Assembly (NCBI GenBank): GCA_937923575.1
Contig: CALDUL010000029.1
Coordinates: 12,995 to 76,994, forward strand
DNA from: an uncultured Algimonas sp.
GTDB lineage: Bacteria; Pseudomonadota; Alphaproteobacteria; Caulobacterales; Maricaulaceae
Length of the DNA: 64,000 nt
Direction of reading: 5' to 3'
Of the stretch, positions 48,963 to 59,143 are shown piece by piece; position 1 is the first letter of the stretch; each line of letters starts with the position of its first letter. The position numbers and the translations under genes are program-made. The notes beneath the pieces were generated by a model, which did no database searches, was not told where the DNA came from, and saw only the letters and a program-made list of their open reading frames with translations.

Positions 48963-49436
48963 ATGAAGAAGACCCGCTATATCCTTCTCGCTTTTCTGGC
49001 TGTCGAGATCGCCAGCATTCCCACAGCCGTCGCCATGCTGAAGACGGTCTCGCTGGACTTTGGCCCGCAGATTGCCGCCGCCCAGCTGCCGACACTGACC
49101 CCAGGCCATTCGCGCTACCTCGTCAGCACAAATGCCGACTTCACGGTCACGGCATCCGATTATGTCGGCGAAATGCGTGTTATCATCCAGCAGCGAGGCG
49201 AGATCGCGGGACTGAGTTTCGGCGCGGCGAGCCAACTCCCCGGCCCCGCCTATGCCTGCGCGGCGACCCGTCATCTGAGTGAGAGCGTCGTCTACCGCGC
49301 AAACCGGCCCACGGCCTCGGACGCAGGATCCGCCGTGGATCAAGCTGTTGTGCTCGTCGTCCAGCATGATCCGGCAGCTCAACCGGAACTCGTGTTTGTC
49401 GCCGAGACGGACGCACCCGAAGCCGTTGCCTGCTAG
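48963..49436 (+). CDS. Hypothetical exported beta-rich protein
   Basis: GGGA RBS, N-terminal hydrophobic segment, beta-strand pattern. Confidence 0.55.
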   Translation: MKKTRYILLAFLAVEIASIPTAVAMLKTVSLDFGPQIAAAQLPTLTPGHSRYLVSTNADFTVTASDYVGEMRVIIQQRGEIAGLSFGAASQLPGPAYACAATRHLSESVVYRANRPTASDAGSAVDQAVVLVVQHDPAAQPELVFVAETDAPEAVAC

Positions 49437-51247
49437 TTGATAGCCTCGAGGAAGCGCTCGCCAAACCGCTCGAATTTCGTCTCGCCAACGCCTGATACAT
49501 CCAGCATCTGCGCTTTTGTCATCGGCCGCTTCTGCGCCATGTCGATCAGCGTGGCATCGTTGAAAATGATGTAGGCGGGCTTACCGAGCGCGCTCGCCAT
49601 CTCCCGGCGCAAGCCTTTCAGCTTGGCAAGCAGTTCCTGATCCGCATCGTCGAGCAATTCTGGCGCGGGCTTGCGTTTGCGTGCCTTTGCGCGCGCTTCC
49701 TTCTTCGTGACCTTCGGCTCGGTCATCATGAAGGCGCCGTCTCCGTCGATCAGCTTTTGGCCGAGCGGCTGTACGACCAACCGTCCGTAGCGTTGCATGT
49801 CGACTTTGAGGTAACCCGTCGCGACGGCCTGCCGCAGCAAAGCCTTGTAGTATTTGTCGGCCCAGCGCTCCCCTGATCCGAAGCTTGGCAGTTTGTCGTG
49901 ACCACGCTGGCGGATTTTCTCCGTATCCTGCCCGCGGGCGACGGCGATGACGTGATTGGCGCCGAAGAATTCGCCCGTCTCCTTGGCGGCGGTGAGCAGC
50001 GCGATAGCGGCCTCGGTCGCGTCGACACGGTCCGGCGGATTTTCGCAGACATCGCACTGGCCGCAGGGCGGCAAATCCTCGCCAAAATATTTCATCAGCA
50101 CCTGACGGCGGCAGGACGACGCCTCACAATAACCAAGGAGTGCGTCCAGCCGCTTGTGCTCGCGCAGCTGATGCTCTGTGTCCGTGTTTTCCTGGGTGAT
50201 GAACTGTCTGCGCATACGGATATCGTCGAGCCCGTATAGCAGCACAGTGTCGGCAGGCTGGCCATCACGGCCCGCGCGGCCGATCTCCTGATAATAGGCT
50301 TCAGGACTGCTGGGCAGATTGACGTGATAGACGAAGCGAATGTCCGGCTTGTCGATACCCATGCCGAACGCAATCGTGGCGACCATGACGACAGCTTCTT
50401 CGGCGATAAAGCGTTCCTGGTTCTCGAATCGCAGGGCGGCGTCCATGCCCGCGTGATAGGGCAGCGCCTTGTAGCCAGCGGCGACAAGCGCTTGCGCCGT
50501 CTCCTCCACATTCTTGCGCGACAGGGCGTAGACAATCCCCGCCTCGCCTTTACGCCCCTCCATGAATTCAAGAAGTTGCGCCTTGCGGTTCGTCTTGGGC
50601 AGCACGGTCAGCGACAGATTCGGGCGGTCGAAGCCCTGCACAAGGACCTTTCCGTCATTGCCGAAGAGCTGCTCGGCAATATCGACCCGCGTGCCCTCAT
50701 CCGCCGTCGCCGTGAAGGCCGCGACGCTCGCCTCCGGGAAGAGGCGTTTCAGCTCCGATAGCTGCGCATATTCCGGGCGGAAGGCCGGGCCCCATTTGGA
50801 CACGCAGTGCGCCTCATCGACGACGAAGAGCGGCGGGCGCACCTTATTCAGCGCGGCCAGCATGCGGTCGGTCATAAGCCGTTCGGGCGAGAGATAGAGC
50901 ATGTCCGCCTCGCCCCGCGCCACGCGCTTCCACTCCTCGATATTGCGTTCGCGCGATTGGCCGGAGTGGATGCAGGAGACCGAGACGCCGTTGGCGCGCA
51001 ATGCCGCCACCTGGTTGTCCATCAGCGCGACGAGAGGGCTTATCACGATGGAACAGCCCGGCAGGATCAGGCTCGGCACCTGATAGCAGAGCGACTTACC
51101 TGCGCCCGTCGGCATGACAGCCAGCACGCTGCCGCCGCCGACGATCTGGTCGACGACCTCCTCCTGACCGGGCCGAAACTGGTCGTGACCGAAGACGGAC
51201 TTCAGCACGCCATATTTATCTGGGATTGCCTCGCTCACCGGCTGCAC
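49433..51247 (-). CDS. recQ: DNA helicase RecQ
   Basis: MPTGAGKSLCYQ, DEAHC, YYQEIGRAGRDG, Zn-binding RQC, HRDC. Confidence 0.96.
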   Translation of the reverse strand: MQPVSEAIPDKYGVLKSVFGHDQFRPGQEEVVDQIVGGGSVLAVMPTGAGKSLCYQVPSLILPGCSIVISPLVALMDNQVAALRANGVSVSCIHSGQSRERNIEEWKRVARGEADMLYLSPERLMTDRMLAALNKVRPPLFVVDEAHCVSKWGPAFRPEYAQLSELKRLFPEASVAAFTATADEGTRVDIAEQLFGNDGKVLVQGFDRPNLSLTVLPKTNRKAQLLEFMEGRKGEAGIVYALSRKNVEETAQALVAAGYKALPYHAGMDAALRFENQERFIAEEAVVMVATIAFGMGIDKPDIRFVYHVNLPSSPEAYYQEIGRAGRDGQPADTVLLYGLDDIRMRRQFITQENTDTEHQLREHKRLDALLGYCEASSCRRQVLMKYFGEDLPPCGQCDVCENPPDRVDATEAAIALLTAAKETGEFFGANHVIAVARGQDTEKIRQRGHDKLPSFGSGERWADKYYKALLRQAVATGYLKVDMQRYGRLVVQPLGQKLIDGDGAFMMTEPKVTKKEARAKARKRKPAPELLDDADQELLAKLKGLRREMASALGKPAYIIFNDATLIDMAQKRPMTKAQMLDVSGVGETKFERFGERFLEAIN

Positions 51248-51352
51248 CTGCGGTCGTTCGTGCCGATGTGCAAGGCCGCGGACCGCGCTGTTTCAGCGCT
51301 TTCCACAAGGGCTCTTTCTATTTGCGAGGGGCCTTGTTAGGCGCGCGGCGCA

Positions 51353-53203
51353 ATGGCTGGCCCTGAACCCATCGATCCGTCCCGCTCCGCAGGCGCGCGC
51401 TATGTGCAATCCGTGGAGCAGGAAAAGGGCAAGCGCGAGCGCTCTCGCTCCCTGCGTCCGCTTGCAAAGCTCTGGCCCTTTGTGACCCGCTATCCCGGAC
51501 GATTGGCCGGATTCCTGATCACTCTCGTCCTGTCGAGCTTCGGCACGCTGCTGTTTGGCTCCATCGTCAAGGTCATTGTGGATTGCGGTTTCGGCGGCGG
51601 CGATGCGGCAGAGTATTGCGCGCGGCTGCCCGGCACGGACACCGGCCTCAACAGCTATTTTCTGCTCGCCATCGGTTATGCGCTGCTGTTCTCGGTGTTC
51701 GGTGCCCTACGTTTCTACTTCATAACCACACTCGGACAGCGCGTCGTTGCGGACCTGCGCCGCGCCGTGTTCGACCGACTGACCTTTCTCAGCCCGTCCT
51801 ATTTCGAACGCATCCGCACGGGCGAAGTGCTGTCGCGGCTGACGACGGACACGACGCTAGTGGAAACGGTCGTGACTGGCTCGATCAGCTTCGCCCTGCG
51901 GTCCAGTGCAGTCGTCGTCGGCTCCATCGTGCTGATGTTCGTGGAGAGTTGGCAGCTGGGCCTGTTGGTGCTTGTCATCGGCGGCATTATCGTCGGAATC
52001 GTCGTCGCCGTGACCCCCGCTATCCGCCGCCTGTCGCGCGACGGCCAGGACCGGCTGGCGGAAGCCTCGGGCCGGGCGAGCGAGGCTATCGGCTCCATCC
52101 AGACGGTGCAGGCCTACACGCGCGAAGCGCTGGAGCGCAGCGCCTTCGGCTCGGCCATAGAGCGGACTTATGCGGTGCAGGCCAAGCGCATCGGCATCCA
52201 GAGCTGGCTGACGGCCGTTCTATTCGCCATCGGCATGGGCGGCATTTCGAGCATTCTCTGGTACGGCGCGCGGCAGGTCATGGCGGGAGAGATGAGCGGC
52301 GGGTCCATCGCGGCTTTCACCACCTACGCCATCCTCGCCGTGTCCAGCCTGTCGAGCCTGACCGAGACCTACACCAACCTTCTGCGCGCATCTGGCGCAT
52401 CAGAACGGCTAATCGACATACTCGACGAGACACCCAATCTGATCGGCGAGGAACTGCCGAGCGAGGATGCGTCGGTGGCATTAGAAAATGTCACTTTCGC
52501 GTACCCCACGCGGGACGACGCGCCCGCCTTGCATGGCGTCACACTGACGGTCGCGCCCGGAGAGACCGTGGCTTTGGTCGGGCCAAGCGGGGCGGGCAAG
52601 ACGACCGTATTTCAGCTTATCCTGCGCTTCTACGATGTGCAGGGCGGCCGCGTTGTCGTCGGCGGGGATAATGTGAAGCGGCTGAACCCAGAGGCGCTAC
52701 GGTCGCGCATCGCCGTCGTACAACAGGGCGCACCACTCTTCTCCGGCTCCGCTTATGACAACATCGCCTATGGCCGGGAGGGCGCGACGCGAGAGGACGT
52801 CATCGCCGCCGCCAAAGCCGCCTATGCCCACGACTTCATATCCGCCTTGCCCGATGGTTACGCTACCGACATCGGCGAACGCGGCGCAACGCTCTCTGGC
52901 GGTCAACGCCAACGCATTGCCATCGCGCGGAGCATCTTGCGAGACGCGCCGATCCTGCTCTTGGACGAGGCGACGAGCGCGCTGGATTCGGAATCGGAAC
53001 GCGCCGTGCAGATGGCGTTTGAGAGCTTGCGTCAGGGACGGACAACACTCGTCATCGCCCACAGGCTCGCGACGGTTCTGAAAGCAGACCGCATTGTAGT
53101 GTTGGAAGAAGGCCGCATCGTGGAGACGGGCACACATGCAGAACTCGCCGCCGCGGGCGGGCTCTATGCGCGCTTGGCCGAGCTGCAGTTCGACGTCGGC
53201 TAA
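51353..53203 (+). CDS. ABC transporter fused permease/ATPase (MsbA-like)
   Basis: 6 TMs, GPSGAGKT, LSGGQRQR, LDEATSALD. Confidence 0.93.
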   Translation: MAGPEPIDPSRSAGARYVQSVEQEKGKRERSRSLRPLAKLWPFVTRYPGRLAGFLITLVLSSFGTLLFGSIVKVIVDCGFGGGDAAEYCARLPGTDTGLNSYFLLAIGYALLFSVFGALRFYFITTLGQRVVADLRRAVFDRLTFLSPSYFERIRTGEVLSRLTTDTTLVETVVTGSISFALRSSAVVVGSIVLMFVESWQLGLLVLVIGGIIVGIVVAVTPAIRRLSRDGQDRLAEASGRASEAIGSIQTVQAYTREALERSAFGSAIERTYAVQAKRIGIQSWLTAVLFAIGMGGISSILWYGARQVMAGEMSGGSIAAFTTYAILAVSSLSSLTETYTNLLRASGASERLIDILDETPNLIGEELPSEDASVALENVTFAYPTRDDAPALHGVTLTVAPGETVALVGPSGAGKTTVFQLILRFYDVQGGRVVVGGDNVKRLNPEALRSRIAVVQQGAPLFSGSAYDNIAYGREGATREDVIAAAKAAYAHDFISALPDGYATDIGERGATLSGGQRQRIAIARSILRDAPILLLDEATSALDSESERAVQMAFESLRQGRTTLVIAHRLATVLKADRIVVLEEGRIVETGTHAELAAAGGLYARLAELQFDVG

Positions 53204-53208
53204 TCGAC

Positions 53209-54240
53209 CTAGATCAGCCCGCGATGAACGAGCAGCTCTGCGATCTGCACCGCATTCAACGCCGCGCCCTTGCGCAGATTGTCGGACACGACCCACATGT
53301 CGAGCGTGTTGTCCTGCGTACTGTCTTCGCGAATGCGCGAGACATAGGTCGCGAAGTCGCCGACGCATTCGACGGGCGTAATGTAATTTGCCTCATCGTC
53401 CTCCGCGATCGGGTTGTCGATGACCATCAGGCCGGGGCTTTCACGCAGCAGGGCGCGGGCATCGTCGGCAGACAGTTCGGCTGCCAGCTCGACATTGATG
53501 GCTTCGGCATGGCCGACGAAAGTGGGCACGCGCACGCAAGTGGCTGCGACCTTGATGGACTTGTCGAGGATCTTCATCGTCTCGACCTTCATCTTCCACT
53601 CTTCCTTGGTGTAGCCGTCCTCCATGAAGACATCGATCTGCGGGATGACGTTGAAGGCGATCTGCTTGGTGAAGTTGACCGGCGGATAGTCGGCATTGGT
53701 GTAGATGCCCTTGGTCTGAAGCCACAGCTCATCCATCGCCTTCTTCCCGCCGCCGGAGACCGATTGGTAAGTCGCGACGACGACGCGCTTCACGCCGACC
53801 TTGTCGTGGAGAGGCTTCAGTGCGACGACCATCTGAATGGTCGAGCAATTGGGATTGGCGATGATCTTCTTGTCGAGCGCGCCCGGCGCTTCGAGGGCGT
53901 CGGCGTTCACTTCCGGCACGACGAGCGGCACAGCCGGGTCCATGCGGAAGGCGGAGCTGTTGTCGATCACGATGGCGCCGGCCTTGGCGATCTTGGGCGA
54001 CCATTCCTTGGAAACCGATCCACCGGCGCTCATGAGAGCAATATCGACCTTGGAAAAATCGAACTGCTCCAGATCGTCACATTTCAGCGTGCGGTCGCCA
54101 AAGCTGACTTCGCGGCCGAGCGAACGACGCGAGGCCACGGCGTAGACCTCGCCGATCTCAATGTCTGACGCGCTCAGGATTTCGAGCATTTCCGTACCGA
54201 CATTGCCGGTCGCGCCTACGATTGCGAAATTGGTCGCCAT
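53209..54240 (-). CDS. asd: Aspartate-semialdehyde dehydrogenase
   Basis: GATGNVG, IANPNCST, DNLRKGAALN. Confidence 0.97.
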   Translation of the reverse strand: MATNFAIVGATGNVGTEMLEILSASDIEIGEVYAVASRRSLGREVSFGDRTLKCDDLEQFDFSKVDIALMSAGGSVSKEWSPKIAKAGAIVIDNSSAFRMDPAVPLVVPEVNADALEAPGALDKKIIANPNCSTIQMVVALKPLHDKVGVKRVVVATYQSVSGGGKKAMDELWLQTKGIYTNADYPPVNFTKQIAFNVIPQIDVFMEDGYTKEEWKMKVETMKILDKSIKVAATCVRVPTFVGHAEAINVELAAELSADDARALLRESPGLMVIDNPIAEDDEANYITPVECVGDFATYVSRIREDSTQDNTLDMWVVSDNLRKGAALNAVQIAELLVHRGLI

Positions 54241-54317
54241 GATGAGGTCCTAAAGAGAAGAGCGCGCGCCCATAGTCCGTGTCAACGCGGCTGGCAAGAC
54301 GGCGGAGAGAGGCTTGC

Positions 54318-54647
54318 TCAACGCTTGCTGATACGCCGCCACATGAAGATGGCGATGACGGCCACGACCGCCAGCCCGCCCCATTGAATGGCGGTCAGGC
54401 CGAGGAAGGTCGAGAAGACGACCTCCGGCTGATCCGCGCTCGTCTCGCCGCTTCCGTCCCCCTGCAACGTACCGAACATGGCCAGCCCCAGCACGACCAT
54501 GACACAGGCGCCGATGACGCTGAAGATAGCGTTGTAGAAGCGCTGGTCAGCGCGTCGTTGGGCATCACGCCGCTCCTGCGCGCGCACATAGCGGCTCTGT
54601 CGGCGCTGCGAGCGAGGGACAGGATCGTGAGGCGGGCGTTCGGACAT
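54318..54647 (-). CDS. Hypothetical 2-TM membrane protein
   Basis: Arg-rich N-terminus, two hydrophobic helices; start at ATG 54647. Confidence 0.6.
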   Translation of the reverse strand: MSERPPHDPVPRSQRRQSRYVRAQERRDAQRRADQRFYNAIFSVIGACVMVVLGLAMFGTLQGDGSGETSADQPEVVFSTFLGLTAIQWGGLAVVAVIAIFMWRRISKR

Positions 54648-54697
54648 TGCGCAGTTTCTAGCATGGCGGAGCGCCCGCGTCATGTTATGGAGCACTT

Positions 54698-55168
54698 ATG
54701 AAACGCGGTCTGTTCTGTTCCCTGCTCTGTCTGGCTCTGGCGGGTCCGGCGTTGGCGCAGGACGACATCGCCGTCGATGCGCCTGATATTCCCGACTATC
54801 TCGACGTGCCTGATATTAGCCAGGAATTGCCAATCATGGACGACGCGCTGACGGCGCTGTTCACCGGAAAGACGCACCGCGGCTATTACGACATCTACGG
54901 TGTCCGCAGCGGGGAGAACAATTTCACCGAAGTGATGAACGTCGACGGCACGACCGTACACACGCGCGACGGGGTCGTGTCCAAGGGTCGCTGGCGAACC
55001 AAAGGGCCAATCGTCTGCTTCGACTATGATGACGATCTCAACGGAGGCTGTTTCTCCATCTATCTGCGCGGGAATTGCCACTACGCCTATAGCCGCTCAG
55101 CCCGTGGCTTTGTCGCCGTCAGTGTGATCGACGATGCCTATCCGACCTGTGAGAAGCCCTATGTGTAG
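54698..55168 (+). CDS. Secreted 4-Cys beta-rich protein A
   Basis: GGAG RBS, signal peptide (ALA-Q), clear paralogy with the next gene. Confidence 0.8.
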   Translation: MKRGLFCSLLCLALAGPALAQDDIAVDAPDIPDYLDVPDISQELPIMDDALTALFTGKTHRGYYDIYGVRSGENNFTEVMNVDGTTVHTRDGVVSKGRWRTKGPIVCFDYDDDLNGGCFSIYLRGNCHYAYSRSARGFVAVSVIDDAYPTCEKPYV

Positions 55169-55658
55169 ACGGCTCGCTATCGCTCTCTCGGCATTGATGC
55201 TCGCCTCGCCCAGCCTCGCGCAGGACAGGCCGGCGCCCATGCAGCCGAATGAGGACGGCGATTACCTGCCCGATCCGAGCCAGGAGATCCCCTTGAGCGA
55301 GGACCAGCTCCGGGTGGCCTTCACCGACAAGACCCACCGCGGGACCTACAACTTCAAACGCGCGGACATCGATACTTTCGCCTTTGCCGAGCGCACAACG
55401 GCGGACGGCCGAACCCATCACAAGCATGGTGACAAGGTCGACGTCGGGACGTGGCGCATCCGCGATACCGTCATCTGTTTCGAGTATGAGGAGTGGACCG
55501 AGAGCAGTAATCACATCGCCTGCTTCAACATCTACCAGCGCGGCAATTGCTACTATCACTACGCGTTGCGCTACCGAGGCTTCGGCGTAGGCGGAGAGTT
55601 CACAGCGCGCAGCGTGCATGAGGGCGAGACGCCCGATTGCGAACCGGCCTACGTCTGA
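55161..55658 (+). CDS. Secreted 4-Cys beta-rich protein B (paralog)
   Basis: Signal peptide (SLA-Q); shared KTHRG.Y, WR..CF.Y, CF.IY.RGNC, P.CE..YV. Confidence 0.8.
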   Translation: MCRRLAIALSALMLASPSLAQDRPAPMQPNEDGDYLPDPSQEIPLSEDQLRVAFTDKTHRGTYNFKRADIDTFAFAERTTADGRTHHKHGDKVDVGTWRIRDTVICFEYEEWTESSNHIACFNIYQRGNCYYHYALRYRGFGVGGEFTARSVHEGETPDCEPAYV

Positions 55659-56665
55659 TGCGGCTGGACGTCGCAAAACTCGGCAGTGGAGAGCGCCCGC
55701 CTCTCGGCCTGGCCCTTGGCGGCGGCGTGGCGCGCGGCTGGGCGCACATCGGCGCGCTGCAGGCCCTGATCGAAGCGGATATTCGCCCCGACATCGTCGC
55801 GGGCACATCCATCGGCTCGGTCGTCGGCGCGGCCTATCTCGCGGGCAAGCTCGACAGCCTGGAGAAATGGGCACGCTCGCTCAATCGCCGCAAGGTGCTG
55901 CACTACACGGATTTGTCCTGGGGCGGGTCCGGGCTGGTCAAAGGCACGCGACTGAAAAAGGTGCTGGAGCACTATCTGAAGGACGTGATGATCGAGGACT
56001 TCGACGAGAAGTTCGCGGCCGTCACCTGCGATCTGCGCACGGGCTATGAGGTCTGGCTGCAGCAAGGCCCGGTCATCCCGGCAGTGCAGGCAAGCTACGC
56101 CCTGCCCGGCGCGTTCGAGCCCGTCGAAGTCGACGGCCGTCACATGATCGACGGCGCATTGGTCAATCCGGTGCCCGTGTCTGCCTGCCGCGCCATGGGC
56201 GCGCATATGGTCATCGCCGTGTCGCTGTCGGGCGATGCGTTCGGCCCCATCGGCACGAGCCACGAAGTCGCGTTCGAAGCTGAGGATATGGAGGTCGATG
56301 AGGACCTTCCCGAAATCGCGATCATGGCGCAACAGTCGCTGAACAAGATCAGGCCGGACCGCGTGCTACTGAAGTCCCTGCTTGGCGGCGCAAAGCCCGG
56401 CAAGGGCCCGCGCATCGGCTCCGTCATGATGGGTTCGCTCAATATCGTCATGGACCGCATCGGACGGTCCCGGCTCGCTGGCGATCCGCCGGATGTGCTC
56501 GTTGCCCCGCGTATCGGACATATCGGCATGTTGGAGTTCACCCGCGCAGACGAACTGATAGAGCGCGGCTACCGCGCCATGCAGCATGAAATCCCGCTGA
56601 TTCGTTCCGTCATCGACATCCTCGGAGATATTCCGGGCGGCCGTGCAACAGAGGACGAGGACTAA
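55658..56665 (+). CDS. Patatin-like phospholipase (RssA/NTE family)
   Basis: GGGVARG, GTSIG, IDGA; TGATG overlap. Confidence 0.92.
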   Translation: MRLDVAKLGSGERPPLGLALGGGVARGWAHIGALQALIEADIRPDIVAGTSIGSVVGAAYLAGKLDSLEKWARSLNRRKVLHYTDLSWGGSGLVKGTRLKKVLEHYLKDVMIEDFDEKFAAVTCDLRTGYEVWLQQGPVIPAVQASYALPGAFEPVEVDGRHMIDGALVNPVPVSACRAMGAHMVIAVSLSGDAFGPIGTSHEVAFEAEDMEVDEDLPEIAIMAQQSLNKIRPDRVLLKSLLGGAKPGKGPRIGSVMMGSLNIVMDRIGRSRLAGDPPDVLVAPRIGHIGMLEFTRADELIERGYRAMQHEIPLIRSVIDILGDIPGGRATEDED

Positions 56666-56784
56666 CTGTCCGACTGAACTTTGTGGGTTGCTGACGACTG
56701 ATCAGCGGCGGCAGAGGCAGTTGCATTTCGCCAATGGGGTGAAAATACTGGCGCTTCGCCGCCCAACAGCGTGAAAGCGGCGCA

Positions 56785-58077
56785 GTGTCTGCCGCCCATG
56801 TCATTCGAGTCGCTAACGACAATGGCCCCTCGCCCCGCGAGATTCGCACGCGCCATTTAGAACGCGCGCCAATAGCCGAACCGGTCAGGGCGCCTGTGCG
56901 GGCGACCAAGCCCGCAAAACGTGGTCACGCGGCCGCCGTCGCATCGGTCATCCTCTATCATTGCGTCCTATTCGTCGCAGGGGTCGCGGCCATGCTCGGC
57001 GCGCAAACGCTGGAACTCGTCGGCGGCCTATTCGCGCTTGCCGCCTTGGGCGGCGTCTTTGCGGTCACCATGATCCGCGAAAAGCGCTGGCTATCTCGCG
57101 CAGCCTTGTCGGTCTCCAGCGCGATCTCCGCCGCCGGGGCCTGCCTGCTTCTTCTGCCCAGTCTCCCCGCATTGGCCAGCGTTGATCCCGCTACCATCGC
57201 CATCGCGGCAGTCGCCGTCACGGCGTGCCTCACGCGAAGCCGAGCGCTGGCGTGGTTCGCTCTCGCCAGCTTGTGCGTCAGCGTCATCGGCACCACGCTC
57301 GTCGGCTTGTCCGCAGTAGAGCTTATCTTGATAGCGTTCAGTTTTGGCAGTATTTTTGTAGTCGCTCGGCTGACCCACTCCCGCCTTGTCGCTCTTTTCG
57401 CAACTGTGATCGCACTCGTCGCCGTGGCGGGTTTCGGAATGGACAGCGGCCTGCATCCTGCGCGGCTTTTGCTCGCATTCGGCCTCGGTGGCACGGCGTT
57501 GTTCGCCGTCTCGATAGCCGTGTTGCAATCTCGTCTCGGCACCGGAGTCTCTATCGCGATGATAGCCTGTGCGGCACTCGGTCTGCAACTCGGGCTGCGC
57601 GAAACGGGCGCGATGGACAGCCTCTGGTACGCGCCGCCGAGCGCGTCGTCGCTCACATTGGGAGCGATTGGCCTGCAGGGTCTGGTCTTGGTCGCAGGAT
57701 TGGTCGGCTGGACGAAGGGCCGCGTTGGCATCGTCGGCATCCTGCTGATGCAGGGCGTCGCCGCGGCCCTGGCCTATTGCCTCATCAGGCCCGACCTCAC
57801 CGGAAACGCGCTCGTCAGCCTAACCGGTACGGACGAAGGCCCGGCCGTAGTCATGATCCTCGGCGGCGCTTTGCTAGGAGCGGTGATTTTCGCACTGGGC
57901 CGTGCCTGGCACGCCGATCGACCAGTCGAGACAGGCGGACTGGCATTGGTCGTCATTCTGCAGTCCCTGATTCTGATGCCGATCGTGCTCACCGACGTCG
58001 CAGCCGCCCTGCCTGCGCTCATAGCCGCATCGGTCGCGCTCTTCGGCCTACACTTGGCGACACGAAAATATATCTAG
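56785..58077 (+). CDS. Hypothetical polytopic membrane protein
   Basis: About 12 hydrophobic segments, no recognisable motif; start uncertain. Confidence 0.6.
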   Translation: MSAAHVIRVANDNGPSPREIRTRHLERAPIAEPVRAPVRATKPAKRGHAAAVASVILYHCVLFVAGVAAMLGAQTLELVGGLFALAALGGVFAVTMIREKRWLSRAALSVSSAISAAGACLLLLPSLPALASVDPATIAIAAVAVTACLTRSRALAWFALASLCVSVIGTTLVGLSAVELILIAFSFGSIFVVARLTHSRLVALFATVIALVAVAGFGMDSGLHPARLLLAFGLGGTALFAVSIAVLQSRLGTGVSIAMIACAALGLQLGLRETGAMDSLWYAPPSASSLTLGAIGLQGLVLVAGLVGWTKGRVGIVGILLMQGVAAALAYCLIRPDLTGNALVSLTGTDEGPAVVMILGGALLGAVIFALGRAWHADRPVETGGLALVVILQSLILMPIVLTDVAAALPALIAASVALFGLHLATRKYI

Positions 58078-58119
58078 CGGCTTTCGCCGATTCATCATCT
58101 GCCCTATGCGGCGCGCTGC

Positions 58120-58617
58120 ATGGACCGGCCCAACTCTCAACGCTCCGCACACTGGTATGTGCAAGTCGACGGCACCGCCTATGGCCCGTTTGACGATGCG
58201 ACTCTGGCCGGTTTCATGAGCGAAGGCCGGGTGACCGCGCAGTCCTTTCTGCGCTCCGGCAATCAGGGCGACTTTCGCCAAGTGACGACCTACCCGGCGC
58301 TGATGGAGTTTCTGTCAAAGCCGGAGAGTGAAGCGCAGGCCAAGATCACTGTGTCGCTCGTCATGGCAGAGATTCGCTCCGGGCGCTCCATGGCCTTCCT
58401 ACAGACGCTACAGTCGCTCGGTCAGGTACAGCGTATCGGCGACACGACCTGGCTGCTTCGCGCCCATGCACAGCCCGACGCCATCTGCTCCGTGCTGTCC
58501 GCTCCGCTGGGGCCGGAGGACCGTTTATTCGTGGTGGATGCGGGATCCTCGGCGCGTGCGACGTTCAATCTTGGCCAGTCTGTCGACCGCGCCGTGGCAG
58601 AGCTCTTCGAAGACTAA
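58120..58617 (+). CDS. GYF_2 (DUF4339) domain protein with small C-terminal alpha/beta domain
   Basis: WYVQVDGTAYGPF..GRV GYF signature. Confidence 0.78.
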   Translation: MDRPNSQRSAHWYVQVDGTAYGPFDDATLAGFMSEGRVTAQSFLRSGNQGDFRQVTTYPALMEFLSKPESEAQAKITVSLVMAEIRSGRSMAFLQTLQSLGQVQRIGDTTWLLRAHAQPDAICSVLSAPLGPEDRLFVVDAGSSARATFNLGQSVDRAVAELFED

Positions 58618-59138
58618 TCGACGCGTCGCAGGCCCGATTTGAAGCGCTGGGCGTTCTTCACATAGACTTGGGCGTTGAGCTTCAGGAAGTTGGCTTCCTG
58701 CTCGCCCAAGGTCTTCATCACGCGGCCGGGAGCGCCCACGACGAGGCTATTCGGCGGAATGACCTTGTTTTCGGTCACCAGCGCATGTGCGCCGATAATG
58801 CTGCCGGCCCCGATCTTGGCACCGTTCAAGATCGTTGCGCCGATCCCGATCAGACAGCCATCGGCGATTTCGCAACCATGAAGCATGACCTGATGGCCGA
58901 TGATGACGTCTTCGCCGATAATCAGCGGCTGGCCCGGGTCGGAATGCAGTACTGCATTGTCCTGCACATTGGAGCGTGCGCCGACGCGGATCGGTTCATT
59001 ATCCCCGCGCATGACCGCGCCGAACCAGACGGAGCTGTCGGGCTCCATGATGACATTTCCGATGACGGATGCGCTCTCGGCCACCCACACATTGTGCGCG
59101 AGGTCCGGTGTGTGTTCGTCGAGCGCGTAGACTGCCAT
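58614..59138 (-). CDS. Gamma carbonic anhydrase family protein
   Basis: RGDNEPI, NVQDN..H, IGH..LHGC hexapeptide repeats. Confidence 0.93.
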   Translation of the reverse strand: MAVYALDEHTPDLAHNVWVAESASVIGNVIMEPDSSVWFGAVMRGDNEPIRVGARSNVQDNAVLHSDPGQPLIIGEDVIIGHQVMLHGCEIADGCLIGIGATILNGAKIGAGSIIGAHALVTENKVIPPNSLVVGAPGRVMKTLGEQEANFLKLNAQVYVKNAQRFKSGLRRVD

Positions 59139-59143
59139 ATGAT

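Noticed and set aside
55658-56665. Patatin as CBASS or secretion-system effector
   Set aside because: It resembles the common RssA/NTE type; there is no CD-NTase, VgrG/PAAR or other defence gene nearby.
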